DNA of 64,000 nucleotides from Lama guanicoe. Lineage: Eukaryota. Shown here in pieces: positions 26,041-40,599 of the stretch (positions are counted from its first letter, which is position 1; each line of letters opens with the position of its first letter). The position numbers and the translations under genes were made by a program. Location: assembly GCA_013239625.1 (NCBI GenBank), contig MU053754.1, positions 989,379-1,053,378 on the forward strand, written 5' to 3'. The notes under the pieces are model-generated. The model saw only the letters and a list, made by a program, of their open reading frames with translations. It was not told where the DNA came from and did not search any database.

Positions 26041-28834
26041 CTTCCAAACCCATCCTGGCTCCCCCGGGTATAATCCTCTAGTGTAAATGCAGCCACAGCC
26101 AATACTCCGGCCGCTGCAGTAACCTGGACTCACTGGAAGCAAACCCAAGCATCCGAGTCCCCTCCCACTAAGGCTTTAATAAACGTGAATGTCATTCAGC
26201 TACCAACAGCCTTAATCGGACATGATGAGCATCAGGGCACTGTCAGCTGAAATTCCTCCGTTTAAAAATCTCTTTAATTATCATGTGCAGTAGTCTTGTG
26301 ATGCGCATGTTAAGGAACGGCCCGTCTGCTCTGCGTTAGGGTCAGCGGGCTCCCATCTTGGGAAGAACTCCTCCTGCACTGGCTGTAATTGTGTGCAGAT
26401 GGCGCTCGGTCCCCAGGCCCCCAGCGATGGTCGGTCGGTCCTTCCATCGTCCTTGCCGGCTCAACCAGCATCCCAACTGCATAACCAGACGCAGAGAATG
26501 GACCTCTCCTCCGTGTGGTTTTTATTATGTTGATGACTAGGATTTTTCTTTTTTTAGTAGCATTATTTTTGAAAAAATTGTCATCTGAACTCTAAACTAT
26601 TCTGTTAAAAAATTCAAAAATGCTCTCATATAACATCTGACAATATGTGACAATACAGGTGCATTTTTCTTGAGGCCATAACAAGCATTTTGGTGAGATC
26701 AAAGGAACAGAACTTCTATGCTTCAAAAAATATTAAAGACAGACTGATGGAAAAATCAGCAGTTACTAATCACCTCCAGATCTAACTCTTCCTGTAAAAA
26801 TACTTGTCACAAGTCTAAATGGTATGAAAATGCACCAAAATACAGTGTTCCAGTGACTCAGTAATTAACCAGCTCCTAATAGTTCTCAAACAGACAAGTG
26901 TACTCAAGGAATCTGTGTTTAGATCACATTAAAGCATTCGGTCACTGTATTCAAAATGTGATAAATGAATCTGTGGAAAGTGGTCCGTCTCGAAAATCCT
27001 AGGTTTAATATTTCAAATATTAAGAGATTCATAGAAATAGTAAACCAAGTCCACGATCAGACCTTTTTGAAAGGAAACGAACTAATACACGATTAATTCC
27101 ACGTTAGCGCCTGGTGAAGGAAATGAGTGCTGTGCGCGTGGGCATCTCGATAACCGAAGGCCACAAGCTTGTCTGACTCTGTACATCTGGAAAATCATTT
27201 CAGCTTTTCTCCTTTCCTCCCTCAACCAATCGCCACAGTTGAGAGTCAAGAGAGACACTAAAGTAATAAAGCATCACCTCTTGAGAGAGCCTTGTCCAAC
27301 CAGCGGTAAACCAGACCTGGAACGGGGGAGAATCAAAGGGGGAATCCAGGCGCCACCGAACCACAGCTGTGTTTCACCTGCGGACGACCCGCCCTGTGCA
27401 CTTCCCACAACCCTGTGAAGGCGTGCGTTTCAGAGAACTAGCACCTTGGCGCGTGGCTGACCCATGGCCGCACTGTCAAGTCTTCCAGGATGCTAGCATG
27501 CTTTATTTGAAGGGGGAGGGGAAAGCTCACTGCTGTTGTCCGTTGGCTGTTTCAGAACACAAGTAAACTCAGAGGCATCAGCTAAGGACCGTTCTCGCAG
27601 CGTAACCTAGATTAATAGGTTAATTAATCTCCCAGCATAACTGAGATGTAATGGGCATTCTGTTGATCATCTTCTCAAAACACACAATGGCTTTAAAAAC
27701 TCAAGCTTCCAGCATATAAAGCTTTTGAAGCTAGAAAACCAGTCCAGCCCTCACCCCCTCTTCTCTTCCACAAACAAGGACCAACGTGCATATGTGTTTC
27801 CATGTATTCTGAAAATTTTTCATTAACCCAAGAAGCCTGGAAAGGAGAAATAGGACGGGGGGTGGTACATCTCAATTTATGGCAAAAGTTAAGAAAGGGA
27901 TTGGCCCATTTAAATGAGTGTGTGTGCACAGCCCCCTTGACAAGGAACTCCTGGACCCGGTACGGGCTGGTGTCCTAGTGACTCTGCCCCACAGTGCCCA
28001 GCACGGCGCACAGCCAGCTCTCCTCATGACCCCTCACAAAGAGTCCGTAAATACTCACTGAGCTGAAATGCTCAGTAAACCCAGGTGACATCTGTCCGTT
28101 TTAAATACGGAGGACATTAAGGGCATGCTCTTTGGGATTTCCTATGAGATGACACTTCAATAAGTAAATCAGGAATGGATGAGGACAGGAGGAATTTACA
28201 GGTTTGTCCAACAGAATCTGGTTCTTTGTAGGGTGTGCTCTGAATCTTATTTAAAAAATTCCACAAATTAGTAGAAAATTAAGATCAGAGAAAAAAAATC
28301 TCCATGTTATTCATTAGCCTAAAACAACCGCTAAATCAGTGATTATATTAGACTTAAACTATTTGATACTGATAGATCTTTTAATTGACCTATAATAATA
28401 CAGTGGAGCCCAAAGAGAGGTTGAAGTTTAGGGTCCTATTATGGTAGCTGGATAGAGCACCAGAATCCTCTTTGGAGAGTGAGCAGGCAGCCTGGCTCCA
28501 GGTTGGGAGCGCCATCAGGGACTTCGAGTGGCCCATAAGGACCTGAGATTGTCCCTGCAGGGGTGCAGAAAGCTCTCCCGGAGCCCCTCTTGGGGCTCAC
28601 TGAATACTGACAGATGCTCCGGGGACTCGGAGGCCAGCCCTCCTTCAGGAGCTGCTGCAGACGGCAAGGAAAGAATGTCTAAGACTTGACGACACCACGA
28701 TCCTTAAGCTTATTATGCAAAAGTCGCTGTCAGGTCAACAGGGGTCTGTTGACTCTGTCTGTGGTTAGTGCTCCGTGAACTGTCTCTCCACAAACGTCCA
28801 AGTCAAGGGTTACTTGGGCCAAAGGGAGTAGAGG

Positions 28835-29162
28835 GATTTGTAACTGACTGTACTTCAATAAAAACAATAAAATTTAAAAAATTTTAAGAGTATAGTTTAG
28901 AGAAGACTGAATACACAAAAGAAAAAAAAAAGAAACGGGGTTGAGGGATAAATTGGGAATTCAGAATTAGCAGATACAAACTACTGTATGTAAAATAGAT
29001 AAACAACAAGGTCCTACTGTGGACCACAGGGAACTATATTCAATGCCTTGTAATGGCCTATAATGAAAAAATATGCAAAGGAATATATGTATGTGTAACT
29101 GAATCACTAGGCTGTGCATCGGAAACTAACACTGTAAGCTGACTCTACTTCAATTAAAAAAA
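28835..29162 (+). mobile_element. L1 3'-end fragments (two termini)
   Basis: tgtaactgactgtacttcaataaaa and gagggataaattgggaattc...ctacttcaattaaaaa. Confidence 0.85.
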
Positions 29163-30504
29163 GAGCTACCTGCAGTAGAAAGGTGACTTTAGCAAAAATC
29201 CATCCTATTTAGCTAAGCGTGGGTTTAAACTGTAGGTATCTTTCAATAATTAATCATTTACGTTGGCCCTTTGTAGAATATTTCCCCTCTTCTCGGTGAA
29301 CCAGAATATACTTGAAGTTTATACTGACTTCAGTGCTTCACATGAAAAGCCTATTTTATTTTATATTGCCTCTTTTAAATGCCCTACTTTTACAACAATA
29401 AAGGTTTCACAAATGGGTTTTCAACAATCATTCTAAAGCATCCTATTTTTATGGTAAATGCTAACATTTAAACAGCAAATGATCTATAACCGCAGAAAAG
29501 GTTTCATAATAGTAGATTTTTAAAAACTTAAATGGGAGTAGATTTCTGTGGAAGTGATTTTTATGTAGTTTACAATAAAAGGTACAGAAACAGTAAAACT
29601 TTGAATCCATTGAAAAAATGTTCAGTTTGTTAAGGAAAGCAGCCATGATTTTGAATTTGAGACAGTATTTGTGCCAGGTTTCCAAGCATATCACAGAAAA
29701 AAAAATGGAAAACTGTATGGATTATACAGATTTCAGATGAGAGTATTTCCAAGTGGGAGCCAGAGGAAGATGGGGCAGGTACGTGAATTCCAGGAGATGT
29801 CAACTGTTAGGTATGAATGGCCTTCTGAAAATAGTCAGCAAGCATGGAATCAAACACCAGCATTGCAACAACGTACACTTGACGTGTGTGAGTGCAAGTG
29901 AGAGAGAGGAGGTGAGACATTTTCTACTGGTCGTGAATGACGTCTCCTGATGTGTTCTACTTTCGTCTTCAAGTTAGACCCAAAAAGTAACAAACTCGTA
30001 CATCTCTCACAGTGTACCTGGATGATACCCCAAACTGTACAACAGCGTTGGTCTGACATAAAAGAACTCAGCCACATTTACAGAAACAGGCCAGAAACAC
30101 TCAGCGTAAAGGCTTTACATGCTCTAGAAGCTGCCTATGAGTGTAAACTTACACCCACTAACTTGTTTGGTAAGTTGCATTCCCCATCTTTTGGAAGACA
30201 GCAGTTCCTCCACCTAGAATCCTGAGACACTAATCCAGACATTCAAAGTCCCTGCAGACTCACTAGTATTCTTGGATCACAACAGGAAAACCACGAGACT
30301 CCTGCATTCATTATGTGTTTTTCAACTGTGCTCCATCCCCAGCCCTTTTTTCCAGGGATTTAAATCTACTGACCCCAGGGTAGCCAGTGGAGCTTAGCTG
30401 ATTCACTGGCACTGGAGAAAAACACAAGGTTCCCAAGCTGATGGTGGCCTTCCTAGGTGGTAAAGTTTGAAAGGATTCATAGGCCAGAGCTATTATTTTG
30501 TTGT

Positions 30505-30618
30505 AACTTTCAATGGAGTATCATCTGTAAAAATACTGAATCACGATACAGTGCACCTGAAAACTAGTAATACTGCGAATCAATCATACTTCAATTAAAA
30601 AATAAATTTAAAAAAAAG
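30505..30618 (+). mobile_element. Short L1 3' terminus
   Basis: ctgtaaaaatactgaatcac..cacctgaaaact..atacttcaattaaaa plus A tail. Confidence 0.8.
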
Positions 30619-30674
30619 AATTCAGGTGAATGCTTTGCTCTGCCCCAATCTGGGTTCACTGCGGCTGAGTCCTA

Positions 30675-31073
<399 letters not shown>

Positions 31074-34019
31074 TCATTCTTCCGTTAAAGACACCTGATG
31101 TCTGATTGCCAAGACATCAGAAAATTCTCATTCCATTGCATTTTCCCTTCTACGGTTTGCATGCGTTCTTTCCCCCAAAGAAATGATATTTTATGCTACT
31201 TTTCTGAAGGAATATGACCCATGAGTTGTAACTTTATATTACATGCAACAGACACACATCCATTACACACACATGCACACACATTCACAGGTTACATTCC
31301 ATCTGAGTTCTGATGTTGTACGTTGAATGTACGTCAACACCGCAATACGCTGACAACTAAACACAGGGAAAGAGCTCACACTCTCAATTACAAAAGGTGG
31401 AAACCTAGAAACACTAGCTAGAAAAAATACAATTCCTTAGAATTGCAGATGTCAATGAAATAGATCGTTAATAATTAATCTTATATAATATTTGAGAATA
31501 ACATGAACTGACTGGATTAAAATAGTCTCAATTCAGGAACTTCCCAGGTGAAACAGAAGAAAGGCCAGGGTTTCAACACTGAAGTACCACAAGTACGGAG
31601 CTAGTTAATTACAAAAACTTTTTAAACATTTAGTCATCGTCAGTTCTTAAGGTTTTGTCTCATATTCAGTTTCACAGTTCATTTTTCTGTTCGCAGCTAG
31701 ATGTGTTTTGTTTTACTTCATTGGTTTTGAAGTTCTCGATTCAGATCCAAACCTAACTTAGAAATCAGAGGACAGAAGACTAACAGTTATGCAGTGCTGG
31801 CCACCTCTTCTCTTTCCACGAAATGTATATACTTTATGCCCCGAGAGAAAGTACTTAGTTCCCCAAATCACTGGCCCCTGCCACATGGGCTGAGACTTCC
31901 AAGTAGAAATACTTGTACTAAGTCTGGCAAGTGTTTACTGCTTGCTAATTCGGAAATCACAGGGACCTCGTGTGCACAATCATATGATCAAATCAACTCA
32001 GTGGACACTCCATCACATGTGAAAACGGGGTGTAATCTGAGAATCAGATAAGAAAGTCAGGGCCTTCTGTTCATGTGATTCTCAAGTGCCAGCCACCACA
32101 CCCTTGAACTGGGAAAGACAGGAAACCAGAGACGCTATCTCCTCATCTCACTAATCTACTCATGGAGCTAAGGGGGCAGAATTAAGAACCAACAAACAAA
32201 ACCAGTGGCCAGATCTGCAACACTGGTTCCCACCGAGCATAAGAGCAGAATGATCAAAAGTGGAATGCTCAATGACTGGCATCTTCCAGTTGATGTGGGA
32301 GCTGTTCCCCACGTCTAGTCAACATTTTTCCTTTTTGCCATGGATTACAAAATGTGACTTTAAAAAAAAATTCTGTTATTATTTTGTGGGCCACGGAAAC
32401 CAAAAACGTTCATCTCTGCCCTGGCACTTTCTAGACTGGTCCCTGAGCCTGAAACAGTGCGGATTCTGTTCCGAGTGTTATGAGGTTGTGCAGACAGAGA
32501 ACTAAGATCTGCTCGCAGAGGTGGCCACCCCAGGTGCTCAGCTGGGGTGGAGTCCCTGGTGTCTCTCTTGTTTTCCCTCTGCTCCATGGTTACGGCTTAA
32601 CATTTCCGGATTCCTCTGCAATTCTGACAACAATGTTCCAAGAGCCGAAGGCAGCGACTTGGCTCGGCTTCTACTATGGTGTGACCCACCATGAGGGTCC
32701 AACACGCTTCAGTTACACCGAGCACGGAAGTCTGTACGGAGGGAACAGAGCCCTGCTGGAGTTTATAAGAAAGAACCAGTCTTTAGTTTGTGAACTTAAA
32801 CAAAGGTAGTCTTACAAATACGTGGATTTGATACAGCACCCTTAAGCAGGTGGTCTACTTAACTGCTCTATTGTTTCTACCCAGTGAATGCAAATTTTGA
32901 TGTCCTCTATCAGTTACCTTGGATCATCATCTTGGAGTCGGTTGAAAAATAGTAATGGTCTGAATATAAATTAGAGAACATATGGTCCCCATACACAAGG
33001 TCTCTCTCCATGTCTTTAATCACCGCTTAATGAAAATTTACGAGTTGAATGGAATCAGGACAAAAATGCTTACAGATCAGAGAAAATGATGTGTGAGAAT
33101 ACTAATACTCTACATATGAAGAAAATGTGTGAATTGGTCCCTTAATGGCCAGCTGGAAATCCTGTGAACAAAAGGTCTTCTGGGTGCAGGAAGAGAGACT
33201 TCTGACCATTAAGCATGTAATATTCCTGTGATATTACAAGTTAATTACTCGTGGACTTGTCCAGAGGGATGTGAACATTTTAGAAAAGGTGCGAGTTACC
33301 CAAATCGTGATGGGTGTAATGCCCATCAACTTCGTGGAAATGAAAACACACGTAGCAACATGCTAAATGCTGTATCTGTTTACACAATTATACCCAGTCT
33401 AGTAAGACCAATAATAAACTGTACAATTAACGCCATTACAGTTCCCTTATAAAACTATTCTTAGTAATAATTTCACCAATCACACAGATAACCATCTTTT
33501 GCCAGGTCACTTCAGGTGTCACAGAAGGCAAAGTCTGTCATGAACAATCTCAAAGAAAATGATCTCCACGGACGCCTTTTCTGAAAGAAGCTAAGACACG
33601 ATCCAATTTAGAAAGCCAAGGATCAAGAAATTAGCATAAAAGAACCACTAATCATTCAATCATCCACATAAATGTAAAACTAAAACTGAATAAACTAGGA
33701 GTTATGATTAAAAAGAGAGAATTTGATGCAATAAAGCTAAAGGTAAAAGAATATATTTTAAAAACTGGTAGGTAGAAGAAGTGGTGTAAGAAATCGAGAA
33801 CTTAATTTGAGGACATCCATAAATGATAAAATAAATATGGAATTTTCAAAAATAATTATTTCAACCTCATAATATTTTTCATAATCTTTTCCCCCCAGAA
33901 ATTTGGGAGGTTTCATTTTCTTCTGTTGTATTCATACTACAATACCAGAAGACTACAATAATATTAAACTTGAAGCAGTATTAAAACTACCTTGCACACT
34001 GAGATGCCTGGTGAGATGT

Positions 34020-34566
34020 CTGCCTGATATACTGGGGTTTCCATGAACAACCCCAGGTTTGATTATCCCCTCGGAAGACTCATGGGACGCAGCACGTACT
34101 CATATTCAAGGCTATGATGTAACATAGCAAAAGGATGCAAAGCAAAATCAGCAGAAGGGAGAAGGTCTATGGGGAGAAATGTGGAGGAAAGCAGGTGCAG
34201 GGTTTCCCAATGGAGTCACACAGGATGCGCCGAATCCCTCCAGCTGTGAGTTGTAACGACACCCACGAAATGCAGTCAGCCAGACAAGTTCAGTGGAGAC
34301 CTGAAGCCCAGAGTTTTCCTTGGAGGCTGGTCACACAGGCACCTTCTGCCTCTCGTGTACCCAAAATCCAGACCCCCAGAAGGAAACAGGTGTTTGCCAT
34401 CAACCACACTGTTTGTACCAATACTTTAGGAACAGTGCACCCCTCTTATCAGCTAGGAATTGGTGAGAACTCTCCCCCAAATCTAAGTTTCCAGAAGCCA
34501 GCCGAAGGGCAACCTTTCAAGCAGAAATGTCTCAGGACAGGTTTGCTGTGGTAACTCTACTGCACA
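34020..34566 (-). mobile_element. MER68/MER77-like ERVL LTR
   Basis: Reverse-strand start tgtgcagtagagttaccacagca and internal similarity to recalled consensus. Confidence 0.6.
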
Positions 34567-35921
34567 GGTAACCACGGCTATTTCTGGATGGTAGAATTTG
34601 GAGTGAAGTTTAAGTTTTACTCTCTTGTGTGGTTTGTTATATTAATGTTTTAATGGGCATATATGATTTCTATAAAAATAAAGACATTATACTGTTAAAC
34701 GAAAAACAAAACTGCCACTTGTATCTTTCAAAGAAGGCATCTAAATACTAGGGATGCACGAAAGAGGAAAAAGCATTCTCAATTCAAATTCAATTCCAAT
34801 GTTTCTAATTTGAATTTTCTAATGCTTGGAAATGCAATTATAATTTGCTTGGAAACCCAGTTACACATCCCAATTTATTAGGTGAGATTATAATGAATTT
34901 GGTTCCCAGGCAAACTAGACGTTAGCCATGAAAACTATAAAAGTAGGAAAAAAAATCAGAAACATTTATTTTTAAGAAAGTCCCTTTCCTATAGGTACAT
35001 GCTCCTTTGGCTAGAGTCATTTTTACTCATGTTTATCTCAGTTTGCTCTCGGTTGGCTTGCTTTTCTATTTATTTTGAAGGCCAGTGTGACCCTCTGTAT
35101 GGGGATGTCCATGTCAGATTCTCCCCTGGGAGCAGAACTCCAGAGTCACGCTGGGAGACCTCTGGAAGATCGTCAGGCACCTGAATAATTCCCCAAATCC
35201 AAAAATTTCTAGAGAACCGGGGACGGCTAAGACACTTGAGTTAAACCATCGTTTCCTTCTCTCCCCTTCTTCCTGCATTTTGTTAGTAAGAGTTACCAGG
35301 TATGCCCATGACATGAGAAGCCCACTGAAGCATTTACAGACTGACTCATAAGCCAGACTGGCATTCTAGCTACTAGGTGTCTAATGATGAACAGACGGAA
35401 GGATCAAAACGATGCCACACTGTGCTTACAGTTCAGACTTTTACTAACAAACAAGGAAGATCATTAAGCAGTTTAATTTGTATTAAGTAAAGGTAGTCAC
35501 AGGAAGTGATGGAAGCACATGTGAGGTCGAAAGAGGATTACACGAGGAGAAAACTTTTTAAGATAAGCCATCAACACGTTAGGGTGAGTGAGGTGGGTAA
35601 GGGTGATGCAGAAGACAGGAATGTTCTAGAAGAAAAAAATAAGCATGACGAAGTGGCAGAAGCAAATACAGGGTGCCCTACACGGGTCACGGCAAGTGCG
35701 TCAGCCAGGTAGGAGCCGAATAAATGATCTGGAGGCAAAGATAATTCCGCAAGTCTCCCTGTCTTCACACATAACAGGAGGACAGTAATTACCACTGTGT
35801 ATCATCACCCTCAGCATGAGCTAAAGGATGTCGGACACTTAGCACAGGTTCAGCCACGTAGTAATGCTGTAATGAGTGCTAGCCCCGATTACAGGTATTA
35901 GAATTTCAATCCCCAGTTCTT

Positions 35922-36350
35922 ACCGTATTACCAGTTTATTATAAAAGGTTTCAACGCAGGAACAGCCAAATGCAAGAGACACACAGAGCAAGATACGGGG
36001 AAATGGCAGAAGACACTCTCCCCAAATGTCCATGTGTTTACCCACCCGGAAGCTCTCTGAACCCAGTCCTCAGGGGTTTTATGGAGCTCTCACCGCAAGG
36101 GCAAGACTGGTTAAGTCACTGGTCACTGAGGATTGGACCCAGCCTCCAGCTCTTCTCTCCTTTTGTAAATCAGACGTGGGGACTGGAAGTCTGATCCTCT
36201 AATTACAGCAAAAGCCCCCTCATTATCATAACAAAAGACCTTATTTATTGCTCACATCACTTAGAAACTCCAAGGGTTTTTAGGAACTCTATGCCAGGCA
36301 AGGGGTCAAGGGCCAAATCTACATTTCCTACCATAAATCATAATAGCACA
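35922..36350 (-). mobile_element. MER21-like LTR fragment
   Basis: ttaccagtttattataaa..ggaacagcca.atg.aagagacacacagagcaa shared with the element at 2030-2100. Confidence 0.65.
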
Positions 36351-36521
36351 GAAATCTTCCTTGAAATCTCTTACCCCTTCATTTATACACAACTGTGTGG
36401 ATATCATACCACTTCTAGACAGACCAGGTCATCACAGAGTGAGAGAAAAATGAATGTGAACAGAACGTTATTTCCTCACTATGCACATGCAAGGGAAATG
36501 ACAGATCCCATAGGTTAGGAA

Positions 36522-36718
36522 AATGGTTCTCAGCACGAGCGCGCTCCCCCCCACCCCTGCTCCTCGGGGAACATCAGACAAGGTCTGGAGACATTTCTGG
36601 TCGTCACAACCGGGAAGGGGGGACCCCTGGCACCTACTGGGGAGAGTAGGGTTGCCCCACCACAAAGAAGTGTTTAACTTACAAAACAACAATAGTGTCA
36701 GAGTTGAAAAACTCTGGA
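36522..36718. mobile_element. MER20 (hAT) DNA transposon
   Basis: tggttctca...gtctggagacatttctggtcgtcacaac...gttgaaaaactctg terminal inverted repeats. Confidence 0.75.
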
Positions 36719-37530
36719 TTAGAGCAATATACTGATTCCTTGGCCAGAAAAGCACAAACGTGAAAGGGAGAGAAGACCACATGGGTCTCTAGAGGAACTC
36801 CGTCACCCACTGTAGGAGACAGACGCTGCAACAGCCAAACCACAATGCCATGAGTGCTGGGACAGACACGTGTACAAACCCAGTGAGAACCACTATCAGC
36901 ACATGTTCAGAAAACACCTGGACAATGTCCAGCAGTGTCCCAGGACAGGGGCACAGCTTCTGCTCCCGCCCCTACTGCCTCTCGGTAGAGAAAACGTCAA
37001 TCTCCATCACCACACAGCTAACAAACACAGGAGAGACACCAGCTCAGACGGAGGAGGAGGTCAAGAAGGTTCTCAGAGAATGTGACAGCCGTCTTTAATT
37101 AGGAGAAGGCCCGGGAGAAGGGGGCCGTTCAAATACAGGGATTTTTTTTTCAGCCGTAAAGAACAGATGGTGCAAAGAATAGACAGTCATCAAGAGCACA
37201 GACTGGAGAGCTCCAGCTAATTCGGGTTGTTTGGCAAAACCTGCCTGTTGAGGAGTGTGGGAGCTGACTGCTGTGCACAACCATAAAACCGGACGAAAGA
37301 TGTGCAACACCTTCATGTAGACGATGGCCGACAGGTGACACAGGACTGGATGCCCTGAGAGGAGACGCCAATGAGGTGAGCCCGATGTGTCCAAACAGGA
37401 ATGGCCAGAGGGAGTTTCAAGTCCACGGTGCAAAGGGAGCCCTCAACTTTTATGGAGAAAGAGGTCAAAGTTTGAGGAGGCTGAAGTGAATAGATGCTGT
37501 GGGCAGAAAATGAGGAAGGACGGAACTATG

Positions 37531-37606
37531 CCAAGAGAGAAACCAGGAGAGTTGTGAGCAAGCCCTGGACCAAGAGAGAAACCCGGAGTTGTGAGCAACC
37601 CCTGGG
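37531..37606 (+). repeat. About 38-bp tandem duplication
   Basis: ccaagagagaaacc.ggag(ag)ttgtgagcaa.ccctgg x2. Confidence 0.85.
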
Positions 37607-37879
37607 GTTTGGGGCTGAATCCTGCTTTCTGAACATGCATGCGGTGGAAGTGCACAAGATGGGGGCGGGGGGACAGTCAGAAAGCACTGGAGCTGACCAT
37701 TCCTACAGCTCTAACATGGCCAATGACTCACACTCCAGCCATCAGAGCAGAGGACACATGATACACAGGGCATCGCATAGCGTCCTCAGAAAAAGATCAC
37801 CTTAGTAATGGGGGCAAATTAACCCCAAACTAAAGGCTGCTCTGAATCTCCTAAGAAAGTTTAAAAGCAAGTCTTCAAA

Positions 37880-38770
37880 AAAGCAAACTGATCTCAAGTA
37901 ATGAACCGCATGCCAGAACAGCCTACTGCTTTTTAGACAAATACAGCAAACTTCAGAACACAGAAGTCTTACCCAATCAAACATCATCAGGCATGCCACG
38001 AAGCAGGAAACTGTGACACACCACCAAAAGGGGGGAGAAAAGGAATCTAAAGAAATAAAGCCAGAATGATGCAGGGGACGTAATTAGCAGAAAAGGACAT
38101 TTAAAAAAATATCCTAAACATGCTGTATGTGCCCAGGGTGTAGAAGAAAACGTGGACACAGACAGGAGAGAAAGAGGATACAAGAAAGACTGCATGGAAC
38201 TTTCAGAAGCAAAAATGGAAGAACAAACAAACGGAAAATGCCAGATGGGATTAAAAGCGTGGCCGACATTATAGAAGAAAAGATCTCTTGATGGGAACTC
38301 AAAGACAGAGTGGTAAGAACTATCAAAATGAAGCAGAGAGTAGGGGAAAAATGAAGGAAAAACATCATCAGAGACTCACTGACCCAGGAGACCATATAAA
38401 GTCTATCATGGATAATTAGAATCCCAGAAGACAGGAGACAGAGGATGGGACGGGGGAAAAAAGGTCAATATGTTAAGAAGTTGATTAAAACTATAAGTGC
38501 ACCATCAAAATTTCAATGACCGCAAGGAGAACTTGGAAGACACACCGTCTAGGTGTACCCTGATCATATGGCTTAAAACCAGATAGAAAGAAAAACTCAA
38601 AAGCAGGCGGAGAAATGGAAAGACACTTTATATACAGTTTTAAAAAAAGAACGTCAGAGATTTTTTTCAGAAAATATGCAAGACAAAGGAAAATGCAAAG
38701 ATATTTTTAAACGACTAGTTAAAAATAAAAAATTGTTACCGTGGAATTCTACACCCAATGAAATATCTTT
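37880..38770 (+). mobile_element. Ancient L1 ORF1 remnant
   Basis: A-rich strand with degenerate ORF1 motifs (gatgggattaaaagc...gaagaaaagatc...gaactcaaagacaga...attagaatcccagaag). Confidence 0.7.
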
Positions 38771-40599
38771 TGTTTGGGGACAGAGACAAAACAACTATAA
38801 TTATAATTCTGCATTTTGAATGATAAAAAGAGGGTTCCCCCCCCCCCACTTTTAAAAACCATTTTCATCTATTTCCAATGATTATCAGCCACTGCATATT
38901 TTGTCCGTACAGAATGCGACAGAAGAAACCATAAGACTTCATCAAACTGGGAGGCAGCTCAGAGCGAGAGCTGACGGGGAAGCCGTGTCACAGACCGGCA
39001 TCCTCACCCAGGCCAGCGCTCACGCGTACTTAGCACCAGCACCGCCTGGGAAGCACAGTCTCGCGCCCACAGCCTACACCCGCTGCGTCAGCACGAGTCC
39101 CAGGTGCTGTGTGCGCACAGAAGCCTGGAAAGTGCTGTCCAGGACACCCCGACCCTCGGGCAGAAGCTGGCTCTCTCCGTCTCTGCCCGGAAACTTGATT
39201 TAATGCTGCCTTCTGACCCCAGAAGTCTGGGCTTTCCCCCCAGTGTATCTCCACGTCACATTCCCAGCGAGATTCATTTCCCCTCAGTTTATAAATATAT
39301 TCAAGTCTTCCCACGATAAAAACAAAAAAATCACTTCCACCAAATGAAAGTCGCTGACCTGAGCCTCTCCTCTTCCTCACGCGGGCAGTTTTCAGAGAAG
39401 AAAGGGAAACTTCCGGAAAGAGTTGTGTGCACGCGGTGAACCTGTTCCCCGTATCTGCTGTGTACTGACCGCTACCCAGGGGCACCTTTTAAGTACATGT
39501 CCGACGGACCTATCATAGAGTTCCAAAGCGGTGACCTTACTCTCCTCCTGAGTCATAAAAAGAGCTACTGTTTATCCAGCGTGGCTGTTCAGACACTGGG
39601 TAAGTGCTTTACATGCATTTTTGATTTTTTGCTTGAAAGAGATGTTTTTGCAATGCCCATGATATTTCCCCACCTCCTTCGTACATGGCTACCTGTCTAG
39701 TCCTTCTTTTCAGACATAATAGATCTTTAAATCATTCAGAATAGCCTTCAGTCTCAGCCTCTTATAAATTTTCAAAACTCATCAATTCTCAATAGAGTCC
39801 CACATAATTCTACACTCCCCAGCACCATATAAAAATTCAATGAAAACTGAGCCTCACTGTTTAAAGAAAGGCAAAGAAAAAAAAAAAGGCTACATTCCAT
39901 GGAGACTATGTTCCACTTAGTCAATAATTTACTGAACAACCATAAAAAGTCATTCAATATTCTTGATATTCGCATTTTCCAGGACTGTAAAAGTTGATGT
40001 AATGAGGACAACTTCCTTTATAAGCTGGTGGTAAAGGAAATCTCCCAACACTTATAAAAATTCATCAGCATTCCTCAGAACATTTCAACCCCAGTAACCC
40101 CACGACCACTAACTTAAAAGGACAACTTGGACCAAATCTGCACCACTGCCCAAGGATCACCATCAGAATATGTAACTAACACTTTTCTGTCCTATAAAAA
40201 TATAAAAAGGCAATGTGCATCGTTTGTAAAAATACAAGTTTATTCATGACAGCAATAAAAGCTAACACTTCTGGAAAACACAGTACACGCTGGTCACCCC
40301 AGCCTCCACCACTCTCGGCCAGTCACCCTACTTCACCAAGAAAAGGGACGTGTTTGGGAGACTACCACCATGGCTCCCCCTTCACACCCACCACTGCACC
40401 TGAACCTGGGCCCACGTGCTCAGACCTCATCACGTCCCAGGACCTGGAGGGACGGGCCTCACTCCGACCTCAGACACTGGATGCACTGCTGCTTCAGGTC
40501 ACCTGCTTCTGCAATTCTCCGCCCTCTCCTCCAGCATCAGAGACCCTCCCTCTTCGGGGTAATCCCCACCTGCGTATACTATGTGCTGATTTCTTCCCC

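Noticed and set aside
28734..28753. 8-bp hairpin gtcaacag/ctgttgac (and AT-rich inverted repeat at 34781-34816)
   Set aside because: Stems of this length are expected by chance in 64 kb; no miRNA-length hairpin
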